Assembly (NCBI RefSeq): GCF_036971445.1
Contig: NC_091476.1
Location: forward strand, 81,902,001-81,966,000
Direction: 5' to 3'
DNA length: 64,000 bases
DNA from: Narcine bancroftii
Taxonomy: Eukaryota
A program made the position numbers and the translations under genes. Positions 33,871 through 46,430 of this stretch are shown here, piece after piece (position 1 is the stretch's first letter; the number at the start of each line of letters is the position of its first letter). The notes beneath the pieces were generated by a model. The model saw only the letters and a list, made by a program, of their open reading frames with translations. It searched no databases and was not told the DNA's origin.

Positions 33871-36800
33871 CCTCGTGACGGGACGGGGCTTCACTCCTCG
33901 TGACGGGACGGGTCTTCGCTCCTCGTGACGGGACGGGGCTTCCATCCTCGTGACGGGACGGGGCTTCCCTCCTCGTGACGGGACGGGGCTTCGCTCCTTG
34001 TCCCTGCCATGGGAATGTGTGACGGGAATGGGCTTCGCTCTGTGTGACGGTATGGGTCTTCACTCTGTCTCCCCGCCCCTGGAGTGTGTGAAGGGTTCGG
34101 GTTTGCTCTGAGTCCCTGCCCCAGGTGTGTGTGACGGGACGGGACGGGGCTTCGCTCCGTGTGACGGAAGGGACTTCGTTCCGTGTGACGGGACGGGGCT
34201 TCGCTCCGTGTGACGGGACGGGGCTTTGCTCCGTGTGACGGGACGGGTCTTCGCTCCATGTGGGACGGGACTTCGCTCGTGTGACAGGACGGTGCTTCGG
34301 TCCGTGTGACGGAAGGGACTTCGTTCCGTGTGACGGGACGGGGCTTCGCTCCGTGTGACGGGACGGGGCTTTGCTCCGTGTGACGGGACGGGTCTTCGCT
34401 CCGTGTGGGACGGGACTTCGCTCGTGTGACAGGACGGTGCTTCGGTCCGTGTCACGGGACGGGGCTGCGCTCCATGTGACGGAACGATGGCTTCTCTCCT
34501 TGTGACGTGACGGGGCATCTCTCCTCGTGACGGGACGGGGCTTCTCTCCTTGTGACAGGACGGGGCTTCGCTCCTTGTGACGGGACAGGGCTTCGCTCCG
34601 TGTGACGGGACAGGGTGAGACTTTACTCTGTGTGACGGGTCAGGGCTTTATTCTGTGTCCCTGCCTCGGGAGAGTGTGACGGGATGGTGCTTCGCTCTGT
34701 GTGACTGGACAGGACTTCACTCTGTCTCCCCGTCCCAGGAGTGTTTGACGGGACGGGGCGACCCTTTGTGTGACGGGACGTGGCGACGCTACGTGACTCC
34801 GCTCCAGCATTGTGTGATGGGATGGCGCTTCAATCTCTGTCCCTGCCCCGGGAGTGTGACGGGACGGGGCTCCAGTCCGTGTAAAGGGTCGGGGCTTCGC
34901 TCCGTGTGACGGGAGTGGACGAGGCTTTGCTCTGTGTGACGGAATGGGGATTTACTCTGTGTCCCTGCCCCGGGAGTGTGTGAAGGGTTGGGGCTTTGTT
35001 CTGTGTGACGGGATGGGTCTTCACTCTGTGTGAAGGGACGGGGCTTCTCTCTGTGTGACGTGACGGGGCTTCGCTCCTCGTGACGGTACGGGGCTTCGCT
35101 CCTCGTGATGGGACAGGGCTTTGCTCTGTGTCCCTGCCCCGGGAATGTGTGAAGGGTTGGGGCTTTGCTCTGTGTCTACACCCCAGGTATGTGTGAAGGG
35201 ACGGGGCTTTGCTCTGTGTGACGGGACGGCTTTGCTCTGTGTGACGGGACGGGGCTTTGCTCTGCCTGACGGGATGGGATTTCACTCTGTGTGACGGGAA
35301 GAGGCTTCTCTCTGTGTGAAGGGACGGGGCTTCGCTCTACGTGACGGGACAGGACTTTGCTCCATGTGACGGGTCGGGGCTTCGCAGCGTGTGACGGGAC
35401 GGTGCTTTGCTCCGTGTGACGGGACGTGGCTTCGATCCGTATGACGGGACGGGGCTTCGCTCTTCGTGACGGGACGCGGCTTCACTCTGTTTCACCGCCC
35501 CTGGAGTTTTTGGCGGGACGGGGCGACGCTTTGTGTGATTGGACGGGGCGATGCTACGTGCCTCCGCCCCAGCATTGTGCGACGGGATGGTGCTTCACTC
35601 TCTGTCCCTGCCCCGGGAGTGTGACGGGATGGGGATTCGCTCCGTGTGACGTATAGGTGCTTCGCTCCGTGTGACGGGAGAGGACGAGGATTTGCTCTGC
35701 GTAACGGGACAGGGCCTCGCTCTTTGTGACGGGAGCGGAATTTACTCTGTGTCCCGGCCCCGGGAGTGTGTGAAGGGTTGGAGCTTTGCTCTGTGTCCCC
35801 ACCCCAGGTTTGTGTGACGGGATGGGGCTTTGCTCTGTGTGACGGGACGGGGCTTTGCTCTGTGTGACGGGACGGGGCTTTGCTCTGTGTGACGGGATGG
35901 GTCTTCACTCTGTGTGAGGTGACGGGGCTTCTATCTGTGTGACGAGACGGGGCTTCGCTCCACGTGACGGGACGGGGCTTTGCTCCTCGTGACGGGACGG
36001 GGCTTCGCTCCTCGTGACGGGACGGGGCTTCGTTCTTCGTGACGGGACGGGGCTTCGCTCCTCGTGACGGGACGGGACTTCGCTCCTCGTGACGGGACGG
36101 GGCTTCGCTCCTCTTGACGGGTCGGGGCTTCGCTCCTCGTGATGGGACGGGGCTTCGCTCCTCGTGACGGGACGGGGCTTCGATCCGTATGACGGGACGG
36201 GGCTTCGCTCTGCGTGACGGGACGCGGCTTCACTCCGTTTCACCGCCCCTGGAGTTTTTGGCGGGACGGGGCGACGCTTTGTGTGATGGGACGGGGCGAT
36301 GCTACGTGCCTCCGCCCAAGCATTGTGCGACGGGATGGTGCCTCACTCTCTTCCCTGCCCTGGGAGTGTGACGGGACGGGGCTTCGCTCCGTGTGACATA
36401 TAGGGGCTTCGCTCCGTGTGACGGGAGAGGACGAGGATTTGCTCTGCGTAACGGGACAGGGGCTCGATCTTTGTGACGGGACCGGGATTTACTCTGTGTC
36501 CCGGCCCCGGGAGTGTGTGAAGGGTTGGAGCTTTGCTCTGTGTCCCCACCCCAGGTTTGTGTAACGGTATGGGGCTTTGCTCTGTGTGACGGGACGGGGC
36601 TTTGCTCTGTGTGACGGGACGGGGCTTTGCTCTGTGTGACGGGATGGGTCTTCACTCTGTGTGACGGGACGGGGCTTCTCTCTGTGTGACGAGACGGGGC
36701 TTCGCTCCACGTGACGGGACGGGACTTCGCTCCTCGTGACGGGACGGGGCTTTGCTCCTCGTGACGGGACGGGGCTTCGCTCCTCGTGACGGGACGGGGC

Positions 36801-36939
36801 TTGCTCCTTGTGACGGGACAGGGCTTCTCTCCTCGTGACGGGACGGGGCTTCGCTCCACGTGACGGGACGGGGCTTCGCTCCTCGTGACGGGACGGGGCT
36901 TCGCTCCTCGTGACGGGACGGGGCTTCGCTCCTCGTGAC

Positions 36940-39900
36940 GGGACTGGGCTTCGCTCCGTGTGACGGAAGGGACTTCGTTCCGTGTGACGGGACGGGGCTT
37001 CGCTCCGTGTGACGGGTCGGGGCTTTGCTCCGTGTGACGGGACGGGTCTTCGCTCCATGTGGGACGGGACTTCGCTCGTGTGACAGGACGGTGCTTCGGT
37101 CCGTGTGACGGAAGGGACTTCGTTCCGTGTGACGGGACGGGGCTTCGCTCCGTGTGACGGGACGGGGCTTTGCTCCGTGTGACGGGACGGGTCTTCGCTC
37201 CGTGTGGGACGGGACTTCGCTCGTGTGACAGGACGGTGCTTCGGTCCGTGTCACGGGACGGGGCTGCGCTCCATGTGACGGAACGATGGCTTCTCTCCTT
37301 GTGACGTGACGGGGCATCTCTCCTCGTGACGGGACGGGACTTCTCTCCTTGTGACGGGACGGGGCTTCGCTCCTTGTGACGGGACAGGGCTTCGCTCCGT
37401 GTGACGGGACAGGGTGAGACTTTACTCTGTGTGACGGGTCAGGGCTTTATTCTGTGTCCCTGCCTCGGGAGAGTGTGACGGGATGGTGCTTCGCTCTGTG
37501 TGACTGGACAGGACTTCACTCTGTCTCCCCGTCCCTGGAGTGTTTGACGGGACGGGGCGACCCTTTGTGTGATGGGACGTGGCGACGCTACGTGACTCCG
37601 CTCCAGCATTGTGTGATGGGATGGCGCTTCAATCTCTGTCCCTGCCCCGGGAGTGTGACGGGACGGGGCTCCAGTCCGTGTAAAGGGTCGGGGCTTCGCT
37701 CCGTGTGACGGGAGTGGACGAGGCTTTGCTCTGTGTGACGGAATGGGGATTTACTCTGTGTCCCTGCCCCGGGAGTGTGTGAAGGGTTGGGGCTTTGTTC
37801 TGTGTGACGGGATGGGTCTTCACTCTGTGTGAAGGGACGGGGCTTCTCTCTGTGTGACGTGACGGGGCTTCGCTCCTCGTGACGGTACGGGGCTTCGCTC
37901 CTCGTGACGGGACGCGGCTTCGCTCCTCGTGACGGTACGGGGCTTCGCTCCTTGTGACTGGACGGGGCTTCGCTCATCGTGACGGGACGGGGCTTCGCTC
38001 CTCGTGAAGGGATGGGGCTACGCTCCTCGTGACGGGACGGGGCTTCACTCCTCGTGACGGGACGGGTCTTCGCTCCTCGTGACGGGACGGGGCTTGCATC
38101 CTCGTGACGGGACGGGGCTTCCCTCCTCGTGACGGGACGGGGCTTCGCTCCTTGTCCCTGCCATGGGAATGTGTGACGGGAATTGGCTTCGCTCTGTGTG
38201 ACGGTATGGGGCTTCACTCTGTCTCCCCGTCCCTGGAGTGTGTGAAGGGTTCGGGTTTGCTCTGAGTCCCTGCCCCAGGTGTGTGTGACGGGACGGGACG
38301 GGGCTTCGCTCCGTGTGACGGAAGGGACTTCGTTCCGTGTGACGGGACGGGGCTTCGCTCCGTGTGACGGGACGGGGCTTTGCTCCGTGTGATGGGACGG
38401 GTCTTCGCTCCATGTGGGACGGGACTTCGCTCGTGTGACAGGACGGTGCTTCGGTCCGTGTGACGGAAGGGACTTCGTTCCGTGTGACGGGACGGGGCTT
38501 CGCTCCGTGTGACGGGACAGGGCTTTGCTCCGTGTGACGGGACGGGTCTTCGCTCCGTGTGGGACGGGACTTTGCTCGTGTGACAGGACGGTGCTTCGGT
38601 CCGTGTCACGGGACGGGGCTGCGCTCCATGTGACGGAACGATGGCTTCTCTCCTTGTGACGTGACGGGGCGTCTCTCCTCGTGACGGGACGGGGCTTCTC
38701 TCCTTGTGACGGGACGGGGCTTCGCTCCTTGTGACGGGACAGGGCTTCGCTCCGTGTGACGGGACAGGGTGAGACTTTACTCTGTGTGACGGGTCAGGGC
38801 TTTATTCTGTGTCCCTGCCTCGGGAGAGTGTGACGGGATGGTGCTTCGCTCTGTGTGACTGGACAGGACTTCACTCTGTCTCCCCGTCCCTGGAGTGTTT
38901 GACGGGACGGGGCGACCCTTTGTGTGACGGGACGTGGCGACGCTACGTGACTCCGCTCCAGCATTGTGTGATGGGATGGCGCTTCAATCTCTGTCCCTGC
39001 CCCGGGAGTGTGACGGGACGGGGCTCCAGTCCGTGTAAAGGGTCGGGGCTTCGCTCCGTGTGACGGGAGTGGACGAGGCTTTGCTCTGTGTGACGGAATG
39101 GGGATTTACTCTGTGTCCCTGCCCCGGGAGTGTGTGAAGGGTTGGGGCTTTGTTCTGTGTGACGGGATGGGTCTTCACTCTGTGTGAAGGGACGGGGCTT
39201 CTCTCTGTGTGACGTGACGGGGCTTCGCTCCTCGTGACGGTACGGGGCTTCGCTCCTCGTGATGGGACAGGGCTTTGCTCTGTGTCCCTGCCCCGGGAAT
39301 GTGTGAAGGGTTGGGGCTTTGCTCTGTGTCTACACCCCAGGTATGTGTGAAGGGACGGGGCTTTGCTCTGTGTGACGGGACGGCTTTGCTCTGTGTGACG
39401 GGACGGGGCTTTGCTCTGCCTGACGGGATGGGATTTCACTCTGTGTGACGGGAAGGGGCTTCTCTCTGTGTGAAGGGACGGGGCTTCGCTCTACGTGACG
39501 GGACAGGACTTTGCTCCATGTGACGGGTCGGGGCTTCGCAGCGTGTGACGGGACGGTGCTTTGCTCCGTGTGACGGGACGTGGCTTCGATCCGTATGACG
39601 GGACGGGGCTTCGCTCTTCGTGACGGGACGCGGCTTCACTCTGTTTCACCGCCCCTGGAGTTTTTGGCGGGACGGGGCGACGTTTTGTGTGATTGGACGG
39701 GGCGATGCTACGTGCCTCCGCCCCAGCATTGTGCGACGGGATGGTGCTTCACTCTCTGTCCCTGCCCCGGGAGTGTGACGGGACGGGGATTCGCTCCGTG
39801 TGACGTATAGGTGCTTCGCTCCGTGTGACGGGAGAGGACGAGGATTTGCTCTGCGTAACGGGACAGGGCCTCGCTCTTTGTGACGGGACCGGGATTTACT

Positions 39901-42900
39901 CTGTGTCCCGGCCCCGTGAGTGTGTGAAGGGTTGGAGCTTTGCTCTGTGTCCCCACCCCAGGTTTGTGTGACGGGATGGGGCTTTGCTCTGTGTGACGGG
40001 ACGGGGCTTTGCTCTGTGTGACGGGACGGGGCTTTGCTCTGTGTGACGGGATGGGTCTTCACTCTGTGTGAGGTGACGGGGCTTCTATCTGTGTGACGAG
40101 ACGGGGCTTCGCTCCACGTGACGGGACGGGGCTTTGCTCCTCGTGACGGGACGGGGCTTCGCTCCTCGTGACGGGACGGGGCTTCGCTCTTTGTGACGGG
40201 ACGGGGCTTCGCTCCTCGTGACGGGACGGGACTTCGCTCCTCATGACGGGACAGGGCTTCGCTCCTCTTGACGGGTCGGGGCTTCGCTCCTCGTGACGGG
40301 ACGGGGCTTCGCTCCTCGTGACGGGACGGGGCTTCGATCCGTATGACGGGACGGGGCTTCGCTCTGCGTGACGGGACGCGGGTTCACTCCGTTTCACCGC
40401 CCCTGGAGTTTTTGGCGGGACGGGGCGACGCTTTGTGTGATGGGACGGGGCGATGCTACGTGCCTCCGCCCCAGCATTGTGCGACGGGATGGTGCCTCAC
40501 TCTCTTCCCTGCCCTGGGAGTGTGACGGGACGGGGCTTCGCTCCGTGTGACATATAGGGGCTTCGATCCGTGTGACGGGAGAGGACGAGGATTTGCTCTG
40601 CGTAACGGGACAGGGCCTCGCTCTTTGTGACGGGACCGGGATTTACTCTGTGTCCCGGCCCCGGGAGTGTGTGAAGGGTTGGAGCTTTGCTCTGTGTCCC
40701 CACCCCAGGTTTGTGTAACGGTATGGGGCTTTGCTCTGTGTGACGGGACGGGGCTTCGCTCCACGTGACGGGATGGGGCTTCCCTCCTCGTGACGGGACT
40801 GGGCTTCGCTCCTCTTGACGGGATGCGGCTTCGCTCCTCGTGACGGTACGGGGCTTCGCTCCTTGTGACTGGACGGGGCTTCGCTCATCGTGACGGGACG
40901 GGGCTTCGCTCCTCGTGAAGGGACGGGGCTACGCTCCTCGTGACGGGACGGGGCTTCACTCCTCGTGACAGGACGGGTCTTCGCTCCTCGTGACGGGACG
41001 GGGCTTCCATCCTCGTGACGGGACGGGGCTTCCCTCCTCGTGACGGGACGGGGCTTCGCTCCTTGTCCCTGCCATGGGAATGTGTGACGGGAATGGGCTT
41101 CGCTCTGTGTGATGGTATGGGGCTTCACTCTGTCTCCCCGCCCCTGGAGTGTGTGAAGGGTTCGGGTTTGCTCTGAGTCCCTGCCCCAGGTGTGTGTGAC
41201 GGGACGGGACTGGGCTTCGCTCCGTGTGACGGAAGGGACTTCGTTCCGTGTGACGGGACGGGGCTTCGCTCCGTGTGACGGGTCGGGGCTTTGCTCCGTG
41301 TGACGGGACGGGTCTTCGCTCCATGTGGGACGGGACTTCGCTCGTGTGACAGGACGGTGCTTCGGTCCGTGTGACGGAAGGGACTTCGTTCCGTGTGACG
41401 GGACGGGGCTTCGCTCCGTGTGACGGGACGGGGCTTTGCTCCGTGTGACGGGACGGGTCTTCGCTCCGTGTGGGACGGGACTTCGCTCGTGTGACAGGAC
41501 GGTGCTTCGGTCCGTGTCACGGGACGGGGCTGCGCTCCATGTGACGGAACGATGGCTTCTCTCCTTGTGACGTGACGGGGCATCTCTCCTCGTGACGGGA
41601 CGGGACTTCTCTCCTTGTGACGGGACGGGGCTTCGCTCCTTGTGACGGGACAGGGCTTCGCTCCGTGTGACGGGACAGGGTGAGACTTTACTCTGTGTGA
41701 CGGGTCAGGGCTTTATTCTGTGTCCCTGCCTCGGGAGAGTGTGACGGGATGGTGCTTCGCTCTGTGTGACTGGACAGGACTTCACTCTGTCTCCCCGTCC
41801 CTGGAGTGTTTGACGGGACGGGGCGACCCTTTGTGTGATGGGACGTGGCGACGCTACGTGACTCCGCTCCAGCATTGTGTGATGGGATGGCGCTTCAATC
41901 TCTGTCCCTGCCCCGGGAGTGTGACGGGACGGGGCTCCAGTCCGTGTAAAGGGTCGGGGCTTCGCTCCGTGTGACGGGAGTGGACGAGGCTTTGCTCTGT
42001 GTGACGGAATGGGGATTTACTCTGTGTCCCTGCCCCGGGAGTGTGTGAAGGGTTGGGGCTTTGTTCTGTGTGACGGGATGGGTCTTCACTCTGTGTGAAG
42101 GGACGGGGCTTCTCTCTGTGTGACGTGACGGGGCTTCGCTCCTCGTGACGGTACGGGGCTTCGCTCCTCGTGACGGGACGCGGCTTCGCTCCTCGTGACG
42201 GTACGGGGCTTCGCTCCTTGTGACTGGACGGGGCTTCGCTCATCGTGACGGGACGGGGCTTCGCTCCTCGTGAAGGGATGGGGCTACGCTCCTCGTGACG
42301 GGACGGGGCTTCACTCCTCGTGACGGGACGGGTCTTCGCTCCTCGTGACGGGACGGGGCTTGCATCCTCGTGACGGGACGGGGCTTCCCTCCTCGTGACG
42401 GGACGGGGCTTCGCTCCTTGTCCCTGCCATGGGAATGTGTGACGGGAATTGGCTTCGCTCTGTGTGACGGTATGGGGCTTCACTCTGTCTCCCCGTCCCT
42501 GGAGTGTGTGAAGGGTTCGGGTTTGCTCTGAGTCCCTGCCCCAGGTGTGTGTGACGGGACGGGACGGGGCTTCGCTCCGTGTGACGGAAGGGACTTCGTT
42601 CCGTGTGACGGGACGGGGCTTCACTCCGTGTGACGGGACGGGGCTTTGCTCCGTGTGATGGGACGGGTCTTCGCTCCATGTGGGACGGGACTTCGCTCGT
42701 GTGACAGGACGGTGCTTCGGTCCGTGTGACGGAAGGGACTTCGTTCCGTGTGACGGGACGGGGCTTCGCTCCGTGTGACGGGACAGGGCTTTGCTCCGTG
42801 TGACGGGACGGGTCTTCGCTCCGTGTGGGACGGGACTTTGCTCGTGTGACAGGACGGTGCTTCGGTCCGTGTCACGGGACGGGGCTGCGCTCCATGTGAC

Positions 42901-45900
42901 GGAACGATGGCTTCTCTCCTTGTGACGTGACGGGGCATCTCTCCTCGTGACGGGACGGGGCTTCTCTCCTTGTGACGGGACGGGGCTTCGCTCCTTGTGA
43001 CGGGACAGGGCTTCGCTCCGTGTGACGGGACAGGGTGAGACTTTACTCTGTGTGACGGGTCAGGGCTTTATTCTGTGTCCCTGCCTCGGGAGAGTGTGAC
43101 GGGATGGTGCTTCGCTCTGTGTGACTGGACAGGACTTCACTCTGTCTCCCCGTCCCTGGAGTGTTTGACGGGACGGGGCGACCCTTTGTGTGACGGGACG
43201 TGGCGACGCTACGTGACTCCGCTCCAGCATTGTGTGATGGGATGGCGCTTCAATCTCTGTCCCTGCCCCGGGAGTGTGACGGGACGGGGCTCCAGTCCGT
43301 GTAAAGGGTCGGGGCTTCGCTCCGTGTGACGGGAGTGGACGAGGCTTTGCTCTGTGTGACGGAATGGGGATTTACTCTGTGTCCCTGCCCCGGGAGTGTG
43401 TGAAGGGTTGGGGCTTTGTTCTGTGTGACGGGATGGGTCTTCACTCTGTGTGAAGGGACGGGGCTTCTCTCTGTGTGACGTGACGGGGCTTCGCTCCTCG
43501 TGACGGTACGGGGCTTCGCTCCTCGTGATGGGACAGGGCTTTGCTCTGTGTCCCTGCCCCGGGAATGTGTGAAGGGTTGGGGCTTTGCTCTGTGTCTACA
43601 CCCCAGGTATGTGTGAAGGGACGGGGCTTTGCTCTGTGTGACGGGACGGCTTTGCTCTGTGTGACGGGACGGGGCTTTGCTCTGCCTGACGGGATGGGAT
43701 TTCACTCTGTGTGACGGGAAGGGGCTTCTCTCTGTGTGAAGGGACGGGGCTTCGCTCTACGTGACGGGACAGGACTTTGCTCCATGTGACGGGTCGGGGC
43801 TTCGCAGCGTGTGACGGGACGGTGCTTTGCTCCGTGTGACGGGACGTGGCTTCGATCCGTATGACGGGACGGGGCTTCGCTCTTCGTGACGGGACGCGGC
43901 TTCACTCTGTTTCACCGCCCCTGGAGTTTTTGGCGGGACGGGGCGACGCTTTGTGTGATTGGACGGGGCGATGCTACGTGCCTCCGCCCCAGCATTGTGC
44001 GACGGGATGGTGCTTCACTCTCTGTCCCTGCCCCGGGAGTGTGACGGGACGGGGATTCGCTCCGTGTGACGTATAGGTGCTTCGCTCCGTGTGACGGGAG
44101 AGGACGAGGATTTGCTCTGCGTAACGGGACAGGGCCTCGCTCTTTGTGACGGGACCGGGATTTACTCTGTGTCCCGGCCCCGTGAGTGTGTGAAGGGTTG
44201 GAGCTTTGCTCTGTGTCCCCACCCCAGGTTTGTGTGACGGGATGGGGCTTTGCTCTGTGTGACGGGACGGGGCTTTGCTCTGTGTGACGGGACGGGGCTT
44301 TGCTCTGTGTGACGGGATGGGTCTTCACTCTGTGTGAGGTGACGGGGCTTCTATCTGTGTGACGAGACGGGGCTTCGCTCCACGTGACGGGACGGGGCTT
44401 TGCTCCTCGTGACGGGACGGGGCTTCGCTCCTCGTGACGGGACGGGGCTTCGCTCTTTGTGACGGGACGGGGCTTCGCTCCTCGTGACGGGACGGGACTT
44501 CGCTCCTCGTGACGGGACGGGGCTTCGCTCCTCTTGACGGGTCGGGGCTTCGCTCCTCGTGACGGGACGGGGCTTCGCTCCTCGTGACGGGACGGGGCTT
44601 CGATCCGTATGACGGGACGGGGCTTCGCTCTGCGTGACGGGACGCGGCTTCACTCCGTTTCACCGCCCCTGGAGTTTTTGGCGGGACGGGGCGACGCTTT
44701 GTGTGATGGGACGGGGCGATGCTACGTGCCTCCGCCCCAGCATTGTGCGACGGGATGGTGCCTCACTCTCTTCCCTGCCCTGGGAGTGTGACGGGACGGG
44801 GCTTCGCTCCGTGTGACATATAGGGGCTTCGATCCGTGTGACGGGAGAGGACGAGGATTTGCTCTGCGTAACGGGACAGGGCCTCGCTCTTTGTGACGGG
44901 ACCGGGATTTACTCTGTGTCCCGGCCCCGGGAGTGTGTGAAGGGTTGGAGCTTTGCTCTGTGTCCCCACCCCAGGTTTGTGTAACGGTATGGGGCTTTGC
45001 TCTGTGTGACGGGACGGGGCTTCGCTCCACGTGACGGGATGGGGCTTCCCTCCTCGTGACGGGACTGGGCTTCGCTCCTCTTGACGGGATGCGGCTTCGC
45101 TCCTCGTGACGGTACGGGGCTTCGCTCCTTGTGACTGGACGGGGCTTCGCTCATCGTGACGGGACGGGGCCTCGCTCCTCGTGAAGGGACGGGGCTACGC
45201 TCCTCGTGACGGGACGGGGCTTCACTCCTCGTGACGGGACGGGTCTTCGCTCCTCGTGACGGGACGGGGCTTCCATCCTCGTGACGGGACGGGGCTTCCC
45301 TCCTCGTGACGGGACGGGGCTTCGCTCCTTGTCCCTGCCATGGGAATGTGTGACGGGAATGGGCTTCGCTCTGTGTGACGGTATGGGGCTTCACTCTGTC
45401 TCCCCGCCCCTGGAGTGTGTGAAGGGTTCGGGTTTGCTCTGAGTCCCTGCCCCAGGTGTGTGTGACGGGACGGGACGGGGCTTCGCTCCGTGTGACGGAA
45501 GGGACTTCGTTCCGTGTATTGGGACGGGGCATCGCTCTGTGTGACGGGACGGGGCTTTGCTCCGTGTGACGGGACGGGTCTTCGCTCCATGTGGGACGGG
45601 ACTTCGCTCGTGTGACAGGACGGTGCTTCGGTCCGTGTGACGGAAGGGACTTCGTTCCGTGTGACGGGACGGGGCTTCGCTCCGTGTGACGGGACGGGGC
45701 TTTGCTCCGTGTGACGGGACGGGTCTTCGCTCCGTGTGGGACGGGACTTCGCTCGTGTGACAGGACGGTGCTTCGGTCCGTGTCACGGGACGGGGCTGCG
45801 CTCCATGTGACGGAACGATGGCTTCTCTCCTTGTGACGTGACGGGGCATCTCTCCTCGTGACGGGACGGGACTTCTCTCCTTGTGACGGGACGGGGCTTC

Positions 45901-46430
45901 GCTCCTTGTGACGGGACAGGGCTTCGCTCCGTGTGACGGGACAGGGTGAGACTTTACTCTGTGTGACGGGTCAGGGCTTTATTCTGTGTCCCTGCCTCGG
46001 GAGAGTGTGACGGGATGGTGCTTCGCTCTGTGTGACTGGACAGGACTTCACTCTGTCTCCCCGTCCCTGGAGTGTTTGACGGGACGGGGCGACCCTTTGT
46101 GTGATGGGACGTGGCGACGCTACGTGACTCCGCTCCAGCATTGTGTGATGGGATGGCGCTTCAATCTCTGTCCCTGCCCCGGGAGTGTGATGGGACGGGG
46201 CTCCAGTCCGTGTAAAGGGTCGGGGCTTCGCTCCGTGTGACGGGAGTGGACGAGGCTTTGCTCTGTGTGACGGAATGGGGATTTACTCTGTGTCCCTGCC
46301 CCGGGAGTGTGTGAAGGGTTGGGGCTTTGTTCTGTGTGACGGGATGGGTCTTCACTCTGTGTGAAGGGACGGGGCTTCTCTCTGTGTGACGTGACGGGGC
46401 TTCGCTCCTCGTGACGGTACGGGGCTTCGC
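36940..46430 (+). repeat. 4266-bp higher-order repeat (1355 + 2911 bp subunits), about 2.2 copies
   Basis: Offsets 37454/41720, 38045/42311, 38809/43075, 39580/43846, 40343/44609, 40956/45222, 41720/45986 are all 4266. A further 2911-bp register continues at 43250/46161 and 44609/47520. Confidence 0.9.
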
